Origin: Novosphingobium sp.
Lineage (GTDB): Bacteria; Pseudomonadota; Alphaproteobacteria; Sphingomonadales; Sphingomonadaceae
Length of the DNA: 64,000 nucleotides
Reading direction: 5' to 3'
NCBI RefSeq assembly: GCF_049240505.1
Contig: NZ_JBMLSM010000005.1
Span: 7,015-71,014 of the forward strand
Position numbers and translations under genes: made by a program. Below the pieces are notes generated by a model. It worked only from the letters and a program-made list of their open reading frames with translations. It made no database searches and had not been told where the DNA came from. Below are positions 55,130-63,783 of this stretch, in pieces; position 1 is the first letter of the stretch, and each line of letters opens with the position of its first letter.

Positions 55130-56469
55130 GCCTGCGAGGCCCCATCCCCGCCCCGATGGACGGACGCGATCCGTCGCACCTGCGCGGCGACGCGATTACC
55201 GGTGACCGCTATTACTCTGCCGATTTCGCGCAAAAGGAATGGGACCACATGTGGACGCGCATCTGGCACATCGCTGGGCGCACGGCCGATATCCCGGAGG
55301 CGGGCGATTTCCTCGTCCACAATTTCATGAAGGAATCGGTTATCGCCGTCCGACAGGACGATGGCTCGGTCCGCGCGTTCTACAATTCCTGCGGCCATCG
55401 CGGGATGCGCATGGTGCATGATTCCAGCTCGGTCGATGCGTTTCACTGCCCCTATCACGGATGGAAATGGGGCATAAACGGCGTGCTGGAACACGCGCAG
55501 GATGCCGATGTCGATTTCAAGGCCGGCAACCCCTGTGGCAAGCTGAAGCTCAAGGAACTGCGCTGCGATGTGTGGGGCGGCTTCGTCTGGTACTCGATGT
55601 CGCACGACAGCCCGTCGCTGCTCGAATTTCTCGATCCGATGCCCGAACTCTACAAGAACTACCCGATGGACACGGCAGTTCGCGTGGCGTGGTATCGCAT
55701 CGAACTGAACGCCAACTGGAAGTTCGTGACCGACAACTTCTCAGAAAGCTACCACACCCGCACCGCGCACCCGCAAGTGCCGCCGTGGATCGATCAGGAC
55801 GTTGATTCCGCGCGGCATGAAATGTGGCCCAAGGGGCATGGCCGCACCGTTCAACCGATGCGCCCGTCGCTTTCCGATCGGCCCGAAGGCGGCGGCAACG
55901 CCATGTTCGAAGCCGAAATGGCCAAGTGGGATATCGATCCGGCCCGCTATGCCACCTATGAAGACTTCGCCGTGCAGGGCTGGCTTGATCTGAAAGCTGC
56001 CAAGCAGAAGCTGTGGCGCGAAAAGGGCTATCTCCACTACGAACACATGGACGATGAGGAAATCACCGACAGCCCGCACACGGTGATGTTCCCCAACGTG
56101 ACCATCAGCTTCCTGCCCGACAACCTGATCCTGTTCCGCAGCGAACCACACGCCACTGACCCGGAAAAGTGCTATTTCGATCTGTGGTGCATGGCTTTCC
56201 CGGTCGAAGGGCAAAAGGAAGTCCAGTCGATCATGGCGGGCATGAAGCCGCTGCGCGAAGTTGCGGAATGTGAACACCGCGTGTTCGATGGCGGGCGCGG
56301 CATCCCTGAACTGGCAGGCCAGATCGTCTATCAGGACATGGAACTGGCCGAAGCGATGCAGGCCGGTATGCACTCACGCGGCTATACCGATGCCCACCTT
56401 TCCGATCAGGAAACCCGCATCCGCTTCTTCCATGAAGTGCTGAACGACTGGATCGCCGGGCGGCAATAG
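55126..56469 (+). CDS. Rieske [2Fe-2S] aromatic-ring-hydroxylating oxygenase, alpha subunit
   Basis: 447 aa from the ATG at 55126 (ATGA overlap with the MFS stop). Rieske motif CGHRG...CPYHGW, plus a catalytic-domain His/Asp context (NFSESYHTRTAH). The track ORF start at 54634 is an out-of-context extension overlapping the MFS gene. Confidence 0.88.
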   Translation: MSLRGPIPAPMDGRDPSHLRGDAITGDRYYSADFAQKEWDHMWTRIWHIAGRTADIPEAGDFLVHNFMKESVIAVRQDDGSVRAFYNSCGHRGMRMVHDSSSVDAFHCPYHGWKWGINGVLEHAQDADVDFKAGNPCGKLKLKELRCDVWGGFVWYSMSHDSPSLLEFLDPMPELYKNYPMDTAVRVAWYRIELNANWKFVTDNFSESYHTRTAHPQVPPWIDQDVDSARHEMWPKGHGRTVQPMRPSLSDRPEGGGNAMFEAEMAKWDIDPARYATYEDFAVQGWLDLKAAKQKLWREKGYLHYEHMDDEEITDSPHTVMFPNVTISFLPDNLILFRSEPHATDPEKCYFDLWCMAFPVEGQKEVQSIMAGMKPLREVAECEHRVFDGGRGIPELAGQIVYQDMELAEAMQAGMHSRGYTDAHLSDQETRIRFFHEVLNDWIAGRQ

Positions 56470-56594
56470 CCACCCTGCCCCAACCTGCATCAGCCCGGAT
56501 ACAAATCGGGACGCAATGGTGCAGGCGCGGCAAAGTGTTGCGACAGGTGCCCGCTATTCCCCTTGTCATCGACATGACGACAAGGGGAACAACC

Positions 56595-56777
56595 ATGAGG
56601 AACTTTCTGGGTCTGGCACTGGCCGCAGCTACCGTGATCACGCTGGCGCTCGGCACGATCAGCGCCGCCACACCTGAGCCTGCGGTTTACGCAACCGTTG
56701 GAGAAGATCGCCCAGTGCGGCTTGGCAGCATGACCGTGACGGCCACCGCACTGCCGCCCGCGCCGCAGTGGGCCTGA
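56595..56777 (+). CDS. Possible small secreted protein (60 aa)
   Basis: Signal-peptide-like MRNFLGLALAAATVITLALGTISA. No homology recognised. Weak call. Confidence 0.25.
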   Translation: MRNFLGLALAAATVITLALGTISAATPEPAVYATVGEDRPVRLGSMTVTATALPPAPQWA

Positions 56778-56790
56778 CGCAACGACATGC

Positions 56791-59214
56791 TCAGAAGAAC
56801 TGCTTGCGCACGCTCAGCGTGATCGTGCGGCCCAACGGATCGCGATAGGCAGGGAGATAGGCGAAGGGCGTTGCGCCGGTTTCGTCAGTCACTTTCTGGC
56901 GTGTGTTGAAGATGTTGTCGATCGACAGGCTCACCCGCAATCCGCGCGTCCACGAATTCTGCGGCATCTGGCCCGGCTTCGGGACCGGGCTGTAGAAGGT
57001 GCGCAGCGAGAACGTCGCAAGATCGCCAAACCGCAGATCGGACGCGCTTGTCGCGCTGCTGTCGCTCACCCGCGTCGCGCTTTGCCATTTCCCGGTAAAG
57101 CGGAAGCCGATGCCGCGCTTCGCCGCGCCAAGCTGCAATTCCACCTGATGGCGCGATGTGCCCGATCCGCCGCCCAGCGATCCGCCATCCAGCAGGTCGA
57201 TTTCGGGCAGGCTGCCATGCAATCGCACGGCATCGCTCAACTTGACCGTGTGGAACAGCGCAAGCGAGATCTGCCCCGCACCGGGACCGCCGCCCCCACC
57301 CGGCCCACCGGCACCAGGGCCACCTCCACCAGGGCCACCTCCACCAGAACCGCCGAAACCGCCTTCGCGACGGCCGCCACCCTCACCGGGAGGCGGACCA
57401 TCGGGACCGCCACCGGGAGGGCCATCGCCAAAGCCGCGTGGCTCTTCCTGCCCCGCCGCGCGCCGCGCTTCGCGTTCGGCACGCATCCGTTCGAACATGG
57501 CGCGCATCTGGTCCTGTTCGGCCTGCGCCATTTTCAGGCGCTTCGTAAAGTTCACGCCCCAGCGGATTTCGCTCGTCCGCCGGGCTGCGATATTGATCGG
57601 GGTGGCATCCACGCTGATCAGCGCGCCATTGGCATCGCGCACGAAGCGGTCGGGAAATGCGGCTTCGGTTTCAGCGGTCAGGCCGCTGATCGATCCCACG
57701 CCGTTTGTCGTATCGCTGCGGGCATAGGATACCTGCAAGGTCAGGTTCTGCGATGCGATGGGCTTGAGCGTCAACCCCAGTCGCCAGTTGTCGCTCTGCG
57801 CGTTGCGCAAATCGGGATTACCACCCGATGTGCGCGTCACCAGCACGCTTTGCCCCTGCGTGAAATCGAACACCGGCACCAGCGGCGTAACGATGCGCGG
57901 CCCGCCAAGCTGCACCATCGATGGCGCGGTTTCCTCGCTGGTATAGTTCGCGCTGAAGCTGATGCCCGTGATCGGCGTCCAGTTCAGACCGCCGCCCCAG
58001 TTGGTCAGACTGCCGAAATCGGAAAGTTCGCGCTGTTCCAGATTGGCGTTGACCGAAAGGCGCCCGACGAACGGCGTGGTGCTGTTGAACAGCGGCGCGT
58101 CGATAGTGGCGGATATCAGTCCGGTCTTGCGGTCAAGATCGGCTCCCGGCGTCACGTTGGGGCTGCGGGTCTGTGCGCGATAGCCATCGATCGTGCCGCC
58201 CAGATGGGTCGAAAGCGTCACCTTGCCTGCGGGCAGGCGCAGCAGGGTGCCGTTGATCAGTAGATCGGCGTTGGCCGTATCGGTCCAGCTTTGCGCCAGT
58301 TCGGCAGGCGTGCCGCGCGCGGTGATGGTGCGGCCTTCAGTGCGATTGTAGCCCCCGGTCAGATTGGCATACCACTTGCCGAACTGTGCATTTACCGTAC
58401 CGCCAAGCCGCATCGAAAGGTCGTCGGCGGTGCGGGTGAATGTGTCTCCGGTGCTGGACCGGCCCACCAGCGAATCCGACCGGTCAGTCACGATTTCGCC
58501 GTTCAGGCTGGACGATACCGTCGGCGAAAATGTCCGCGCATATGTCGCGCCAATGGTCAGCGTCTCACCGCCTGCGCGCAGGGATCGCCCGGTGGCGTCG
58601 CCACTGGTGGCGGAAATGCCCCGCTGGCTTTCCTCCAGCATATCGGCGTTTTCATATTTGACGTTCAGGTTCAGCCGGTGATCGCGCCGGATCGTCAGGA
58701 AGCCCGCATCACCCGTGGCCGTATTGGCATCGCCTTCGGTCGTGATCCTGTCCCGCCCCTCCAGCGTAAAGGCACGAAAGCGCTGGCGCAGAACAACGTT
58801 GAGGACTTTCTGGTTGGCCGAATAGCCATAGCGCAGCGCCACTTCTTCCGACAGGATTTCAGCGCGGGCAATCGCCTCTGCCGGGATCGATGCGATTTCG
58901 CGGAAGCTGGAAATGCGCCGCCCTTCCAGCAGCACCACGGGTTCGCCGCCGCGCGTGCTGGTGAGATAGCTGGAAAGTTCGGACAGCAATTCGCTGATCG
59001 TGCCAACACCCAGAGAACGCACATCGCCGCCATTGAACGTCAGTTCCGGCTCGGCATCGCCGATCACGCTGCCACGCGGGCGCTGTCCGGCTACCACGAT
59101 TTCCTCTTCTTCTGCCTGTGGGGCGGCAGTTGCTGGCTGATTCTGTGCCCAAACCGGCGTGGTCAGGCAGCTACCGGTCGATAGCAGCATAATGATCTGA
59201 AACGTTTTTCTCAT
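56791..59214 (-). CDS. TonB-dependent-receptor-like outer-membrane protein with internal coiled-coil and Gly/Pro-rich low-complexity insert
   Basis: 807 aa. Signal peptide MRKTFQIIMLLSTGSCLTTPVWAQ, plug-domain motifs (EEIVVAG, VVLLEGRRIS), and a barrel ending ..LSVRKQFF. An insert lies mid-protein: KMAQAEQDQMRAMFERMRAEREARRAAGQEEPRGFGDGPPGGGPDGPPPGEGGGRREGGFGGSGGGGPGGGGPGAGGPGGGGGPGAG. Confidence 0.8.
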   Translation of the reverse strand: MRKTFQIIMLLSTGSCLTTPVWAQNQPATAAPQAEEEEIVVAGQRPRGSVIGDAEPELTFNGGDVRSLGVGTISELLSELSSYLTSTRGGEPVVLLEGRRISSFREIASIPAEAIARAEILSEEVALRYGYSANQKVLNVVLRQRFRAFTLEGRDRITTEGDANTATGDAGFLTIRRDHRLNLNVKYENADMLEESQRGISATSGDATGRSLRAGGETLTIGATYARTFSPTVSSSLNGEIVTDRSDSLVGRSSTGDTFTRTADDLSMRLGGTVNAQFGKWYANLTGGYNRTEGRTITARGTPAELAQSWTDTANADLLINGTLLRLPAGKVTLSTHLGGTIDGYRAQTRSPNVTPGADLDRKTGLISATIDAPLFNSTTPFVGRLSVNANLEQRELSDFGSLTNWGGGLNWTPITGISFSANYTSEETAPSMVQLGGPRIVTPLVPVFDFTQGQSVLVTRTSGGNPDLRNAQSDNWRLGLTLKPIASQNLTLQVSYARSDTTNGVGSISGLTAETEAAFPDRFVRDANGALISVDATPINIAARRTSEIRWGVNFTKRLKMAQAEQDQMRAMFERMRAEREARRAAGQEEPRGFGDGPPGGGPDGPPPGEGGGRREGGFGGSGGGGPGGGGPGAGGPGGGGGPGAGQISLALFHTVKLSDAVRLHGSLPEIDLLDGGSLGGGSGTSRHQVELQLGAAKRGIGFRFTGKWQSATRVSDSSATSASDLRFGDLATFSLRTFYSPVPKPGQMPQNSWTRGLRVSLSIDNIFNTRQKVTDETGATPFAYLPAYRDPLGRTITLSVRKQFF
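57315..57344 (-). repeat. Perfect 15-bp tandem duplication inside the Gly/Pro-rich coding tract
   Basis: The plus strand reads CAGGGCCACCTCCAC twice in tandem (57315-57329 and 57330-57344). It lies inside the low-complexity tract 57274-57441. Confidence 0.85.
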
Positions 59215-59624
59215 GGTCCCTCACGCAGTAATGGCAAATCAGCGATCCCTGGTCGATATTGCTAATGATTACTATTTGTGGACCCACTAACGATGGCGAG
59301 AGGCAGGTTCAGCCATTACTTCGTCGCAAATTGTCTCAGAATGTTTCTGGCGCGGAAAAACTGCGGCGCGCAACGAGCGCTGCACAAGGCAAAGGCTGCA
59401 TCAGACATAGCTGGTTCCTATGGATTTATAGTGAGATCATATTTTTCATAACGGCTCTATTTCGCCATTACCGCGTGCAAGCCAGAACAGGCTGGGGAGT
59501 GGGAATTGAACGACCGGATTCGCGCGCTTGCCAACATATCAGCAAGCCACGCTGACCGTTCGTGCATGGGCAGCCGTATCGGCGTGTTCGGCCTCCTGCC
59601 TGCCGGAACGAGAGGATACAGGGC

Positions 59625-60857
59625 ATGACAATTCTCATCCGCAATGTGCGGATTTTCGATGGCACAAGCCTGTCGGATCAAACCGGGGCGGTTCTCGTCG
59701 ATGGCGATCGCATCGTGCGCGTTGCCACGGGCGATGGCGCGCTGGCAGATGATCGTGCGGATCAGGTCATCGATGGCAACGGCGGCACGCTGATGCCCGG
59801 CCTCGTCGATGCGCACACCCACCTTGCGCTGGGTTCCAGCGTCGAAGTCATGGGCCGCCCCGGCAATTTCCCGGATGAGGTTCTGGCCCTTACCGCTGCC
59901 CACTGCGCGCGGGTCATGCTCGATCACGGTTTTACCAGCGCCTATTCTGGCGGATCGTCTTCGCCCGGCGTCGAAATCGCGCTCAAGGCTGCCATTGATA
60001 AGGGCCAGGTGCCGGGGCCGCGCCTCGTCACGTCATCGTTCGAACGTCTGCCGGGCGGGATGCCGGGTATGCTGTTCAAGTTTCCGGGGCGCGATACGCG
60101 GGAAAGCAATCCTGCCGCCGTCACCCATTTCGTCGAGGAAATGGCCGGTATCGGCCTGCAGGCGGTGAAGTTCCTGCTCAACGGCGTCAGCGCGATGGAC
60201 GCCGGGTCCAACATGAACGAACAGTTCTATGAAGACGAAATCCTCGCCGCCGGGGAAGCCGCGCGCAAGGCGGGCGTTTGGCTCACCGCGCATTGCTATA
60301 CTGCCGATGCCATCAAGATTGCGATCAAGGCGGGCTTCCGCGTGATCTATCACTGCAATTATGCCGATGACGAAGTGCTCGACATGATCGAGGCTGCGAA
60401 GGACGACATCTTCGTCGGCCTTGCGCCGGGCATCGAGGAAGCAGACCGTGACCGTGCGCCGAAATTCGGCATGATGGCCAGTCCCGAACAGGTGGCCGAA
60501 CAGGCCGCCGCCGTGGAACAGAAGATCCGCGTCGGACGGGAACTGCGCAAGCGCGGCGTGCGCTCTTTGCCGGGCGGCGACTATGGTTTTCCGCAGAACC
60601 CGGTGGGTCTGAACGCGCGCGATCTGGAACTGTTCGTCGAATGGTTCGGCTATACGCCTGCGCAAACGCTGCACGCGGCAACCGCGCTTGGCGGCGTGCT
60701 GATGGACATGGAACTGGGTCAGGTGCGCGAGGGCTTCCTCGCCGATCTCCTGCTGGTCGATGGAGATCCGACGCAGGACATATCGATCCTGAAAAACAAG
60801 GATAATCTTCGGATGATCATGAAGGGCGGCGCGCTCTACAAGGCACCTGCGGCATGA
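59625..60857 (+). CDS. Amidohydrolase-family (metal-dependent hydrolase) protein
   Basis: MTILIRNVRIFDG..., LMPGLVDAHTHL metal-binding HxH, and later His/Asp ligands. Start chosen at ATG 59625 with GAGAGGA upstream. Confidence 0.85.
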   Translation: MTILIRNVRIFDGTSLSDQTGAVLVDGDRIVRVATGDGALADDRADQVIDGNGGTLMPGLVDAHTHLALGSSVEVMGRPGNFPDEVLALTAAHCARVMLDHGFTSAYSGGSSSPGVEIALKAAIDKGQVPGPRLVTSSFERLPGGMPGMLFKFPGRDTRESNPAAVTHFVEEMAGIGLQAVKFLLNGVSAMDAGSNMNEQFYEDEILAAGEAARKAGVWLTAHCYTADAIKIAIKAGFRVIYHCNYADDEVLDMIEAAKDDIFVGLAPGIEEADRDRAPKFGMMASPEQVAEQAAAVEQKIRVGRELRKRGVRSLPGGDYGFPQNPVGLNARDLELFVEWFGYTPAQTLHAATALGGVLMDMELGQVREGFLADLLLVDGDPTQDISILKNKDNLRMIMKGGALYKAPAA

Positions 60858-62371
60858 TCGACGTCGCCATCATCGGTTGCGGCCCGGTGGGCGCGCTGGC
60901 GGCCAACCTGCTGGGAAAGCAGGGACTTTCGGTCGTCGTGCTGGAAAAGGAGGTCGATCACTACCCCCTGCCCCGCGCGGTCCATCTCGACCATGAAATG
61001 ATGCGCCTGTTCCAGAGCGCGGGCGTAATCGATCGCGTGGAAGACGATATGATCGCCACCGATGGCCATCTGCACATTGGCGCCGACCACGGTGTGATCC
61101 GCTACATGGGCACCGTGGGCAAGCCGAAGCCGTTCGGATGGTCGAACGATTACTTTTTCTACCAGCCGGAATTCGAAGCGCACCTGCGCGATGCCTTTGC
61201 GCAGAACGGTGATATAAAACTGCTGCTGGGAGCCGAATTTTCCGCGCTGGAACAGCATGATAGCCACGTTACAGTGCGCTATTTCCTGAACAGCACCAAG
61301 ATGCACCTAGAGCGCACAGAGCAGCACCTGGATGCACGCTGGGTCATCGCGGCGGACGGTTCGCGCAGCCCTGTGCGCAAATCGCTGGGCGTCAAGCTGG
61401 ACGACCTCGATTTCGAAGAGCCGTGGCTGGTGGTCGATGCCGAAGTGGACGGCCCCGTCACCTTCCCGCCGCTGAAGGGCGTGCCCGAAGGTGCTGATCT
61501 GCAACGCCTTTCGGTAATGATGTGCGATCCTTCGCGGCCAGCTACTGTTGTGCCGGGCCGGCGCAACCACCGCCGCTGGGAATTCATGCTGCTTCCGCAT
61601 GAAGACGATGCCGAAATGATGCGCGAAGAGAACGTCGCCGCGCTCGTCGGTGCGTGGATGAAGGACGTTCCGCACAGGATCGTTCGCGCGGCGACCTATC
61701 GCTTTCATGGACTGGTGGCCGAACAATGGCAGGTGGGCCGGGTGTTTCTGGCAGGCGATGCCGCGCACCAGACGCCGCCGTTCTTTGGGCAGGGCATGTG
61801 TCATGGCCTGCGCGATGTGGCCAATCTTGCGTGGAAGATGGCGGCCATCGCCAACGACGGCGCGGACGAGGCAATCCTTGAAACCTATCAGCCCGAACGC
61901 GATCCGCATGTGCGCGGGGTGATCGGCGCGGCAGTGGCGGCGGGGCGCTATATCTGCGAACTCGACCCGGCAAAGGCCTTGGCACGCGATGCGAACATTC
62001 GCGAACAAGCCGCGAAAAAGACGGGAGAAACTGCTGCCGATCTGATCCCGGCAATTGCCACCGGTTTCATCGCGCCAGGCACGGTCGCAGCAGGGGAACG
62101 CTTCATCCAGCCCGTGTTGTCCGATGGCCGCAAGCTGGACGATCTGGTGGGGCAAGGCTGGCGGCTGTTCGCGCGTGATGCCGACACCGAGGGTGCAATT
62201 GCCGCATGTGATCTTCCCGATGGCGGTGCTGTTCTGGCATGGCTGGACGCCAAAGGGGCCGAGGCCGTGCTGGTGCGCCCCGATCACTACGTTTTCGGCA
62301 CCGGAACGCCCGCCGATCTGATCGCAGCGCGCGATGCGCTGCTGGGTTTCAAGCAGGAGATTGCGGCATGA
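60854..62371 (+). CDS. FAD-dependent aromatic hydroxylase (MhpA/PheA-TfdB-like flavoprotein monooxygenase)
   Basis: MIDVAIIGCGPVGALAANLL dinucleotide-binding motif, ADGSRSPVR, and GDAAHQTPPFFGQGMCHGLRD. The ATGA overlap with the amidohydrolase stop indicates coupling. Confidence 0.88.
   Translation: MIDVAIIGCGPVGALAANLLGKQGLSVVVLEKEVDHYPLPRAVHLDHEMMRLFQSAGVIDRVEDDMIATDGHLHIGADHGVIRYMGTVGKPKPFGWSNDYFFYQPEFEAHLRDAFAQNGDIKLLLGAEFSALEQHDSHVTVRYFLNSTKMHLERTEQHLDARWVIAADGSRSPVRKSLGVKLDDLDFEEPWLVVDAEVDGPVTFPPLKGVPEGADLQRLSVMMCDPSRPATVVPGRRNHRRWEFMLLPHEDDAEMMREENVAALVGAWMKDVPHRIVRAATYRFHGLVAEQWQVGRVFLAGDAAHQTPPFFGQGMCHGLRDVANLAWKMAAIANDGADEAILETYQPERDPHVRGVIGAAVAAGRYICELDPAKALARDANIREQAAKKTGETAADLIPAIATGFIAPGTVAAGERFIQPVLSDGRKLDDLVGQGWRLFARDADTEGAIAACDLPDGGAVLAWLDAKGAEAVLVRPDHYVFGTGTPADLIAARDALLGFKQEIAA
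61301..61340 (+). repeat. Decamer-array-like sequence inside the monooxygenase CDS
   Basis: ATGCACCTAG AGCGCACAGA GCAGCACCTG GATGCACGCT. It shares the exact 14-mer GCACCTGGATGCAC with 11492-11505, shares the exact decamer ATGCACCTAG with the minus strand of 34181-34213, and keeps the 10-nt phasing. Confidence 0.35.
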
Positions 62372-62796
62372 GCCTGACCCTTTTTGCTGCACAGACCATC
62401 GTGGCTGCCACGCTGGCCGAAGCACGCAGCCGTTCGGCCAAGCCGCTCGCCGTGATCGTGATAGACGCGGGCGGACATCCGGTTGCCTTTGCGCGCGAAG
62501 ATGGGGCAACGATGTTCCGCCACGATATCGCGCGGGCAAAGGCCGTGGGCGCACTGGGCATGGGCGATGACACCCGCGTGATCGCGGAGCGAGCAAAGGG
62601 TAATCCTGCGTTCTTTCAAAGCGTTACAGCAGTGGTTGGCGGCAACATCGCCTTTTCGCCGGGCGGCGTTCTGATCCGTCACGCAGGCGCGATCATCGGC
62701 GCAGTCGGCGTAAGCGGTGACACCGGCGATTGCGACGAGGAGTGCGCGATCGTGGGCCTTCGTGCCGCCGGTTTCAATCTGGAGAATGCAAAGTGA
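62368..62796 (+). CDS. GlcG/HbpS-like (DUF336) heme-binding-fold protein
   Basis: 142 aa. GGAIIGAVGVSGDTG-type motif (AGAIIGAVGVSGDTGDCDEECA). ATGA overlap with the monooxygenase stop. Confidence 0.8.
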   Translation: MSLTLFAAQTIVAATLAEARSRSAKPLAVIVIDAGGHPVAFAREDGATMFRHDIARAKAVGALGMGDDTRVIAERAKGNPAFFQSVTAVVGGNIAFSPGGVLIRHAGAIIGAVGVSGDTGDCDEECAIVGLRAAGFNLENAK

Positions 62797-63701
62797 AGCT
62801 GCGCAGCATCGAACTGGCCCTGCCCGATCCCGCAGGCGCGGCGGCGTTCATGGTGGATATCTGGGGTCTTGCACCGGCAGAGGTACGCGAGGAAACGCAT
62901 TACCTGCGCGGAACAGGCACATTTCCCTATCTGGTAGCCTTCGAAAAGTCTGACGAGGAGTTCGTGCGGTCGACCACCTTTGTCTGTTCGGATCAGGAAC
63001 TGGCGGCAATCACTGCGCGGGTTGCCGAAAAGGGTTGGGCGGCAAAGCCGGTTACCTCAACCGATCCCGGCGATGGCACTGGCCTGCTGGTGGAACTGCC
63101 CGAAGGCACGATCCTGCGCTTTCTGGCGGGCACCACCGAAGTCGAACCCATCGAAGGCTTTGCCAAGGCGAGCAAGCGCGTGTCGCCAGTGAAGCTGACG
63201 CATGTCGTGTTCAACGCCGCCGATGCCGAGATGATGGGCCATGCCGTTGAAGACGTGCTGGATTTCCGGGTGTCTGACCGCACAAAGGGCATGGTCTTCG
63301 TGCGCTGCAACGACAGCCACCATTCCACCGCCTTTGCCCGCGCGGGCTTTTCCAGCCTGAATCACGTGGCGTTTGAAATGGACGATCTGGACGCGGTGAT
63401 GCGCGGCATTGGCTGGATGCGCGACAATGGTTTTGCGCCCGCATGGGGACCGGGTCGGCACGGGCCGGGCGACAATGTTTACGCCTATTACATCGCGCCG
63501 TTCGGCCCGGTAATCGAATATTCGACCGCCGTGGAAAAGGTGCCGCTGGATTACGCAGCAGGCGAACCCGACGACTGGACATGGCCCGAACAGCGGATCG
63601 ACCAGTGGGGCGTTTCGGACAAGGACTTTGCCGGTCTGCGCGTGGCCGAGGAGCGTTTCCGCTGCCGCCGCGACTGGCAGCCTCAAGACCTTGCAATTTG
63701 A
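62793..63701 (+). CDS. Two-domain extradiol ring-cleavage dioxygenase (VOC superfamily)
   Basis: 302 aa with a GTG start overlapping the upstream stop (GTGA). Metal-ligand contexts are LTHVVF, LNHVAFEM and YYIAPFGPVIEY. Confidence 0.82.
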   Translation: MKLRSIELALPDPAGAAAFMVDIWGLAPAEVREETHYLRGTGTFPYLVAFEKSDEEFVRSTTFVCSDQELAAITARVAEKGWAAKPVTSTDPGDGTGLLVELPEGTILRFLAGTTEVEPIEGFAKASKRVSPVKLTHVVFNAADAEMMGHAVEDVLDFRVSDRTKGMVFVRCNDSHHSTAFARAGFSSLNHVAFEMDDLDAVMRGIGWMRDNGFAPAWGPGRHGPGDNVYAYYIAPFGPVIEYSTAVEKVPLDYAAGEPDDWTWPEQRIDQWGVSDKDFAGLRVAEERFRCRRDWQPQDLAI

Positions 63702-63783
63702 TCGACGGGCCTTTGTCGGTGGGGCGTCGGCAGCTCTGGCAATGAGCGGACGCGCGGCGGCACGGCCACCGGGAGAAAAGAGA

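Noticed and set aside
57274-57441. GC-rich repetitive tract, considered as a possible CRISPR/VNTR non-coding repeat or a collagen-like gene.
   Set aside because: It is in frame within the TonB-receptor-like CDS on the minus strand and encodes a Gly/Pro low-complexity loop. There is no spacer/repeat architecture and no Gly-X-Y periodicity.
59259-59555. 98-aa ORF in the 410-bp spacer between the atypical receptor gene and the amidohydrolase gene.
   Set aside because: It has no ribosome-binding context, an odd composition and no recognisable motif. The region is more likely promoter or regulatory DNA.
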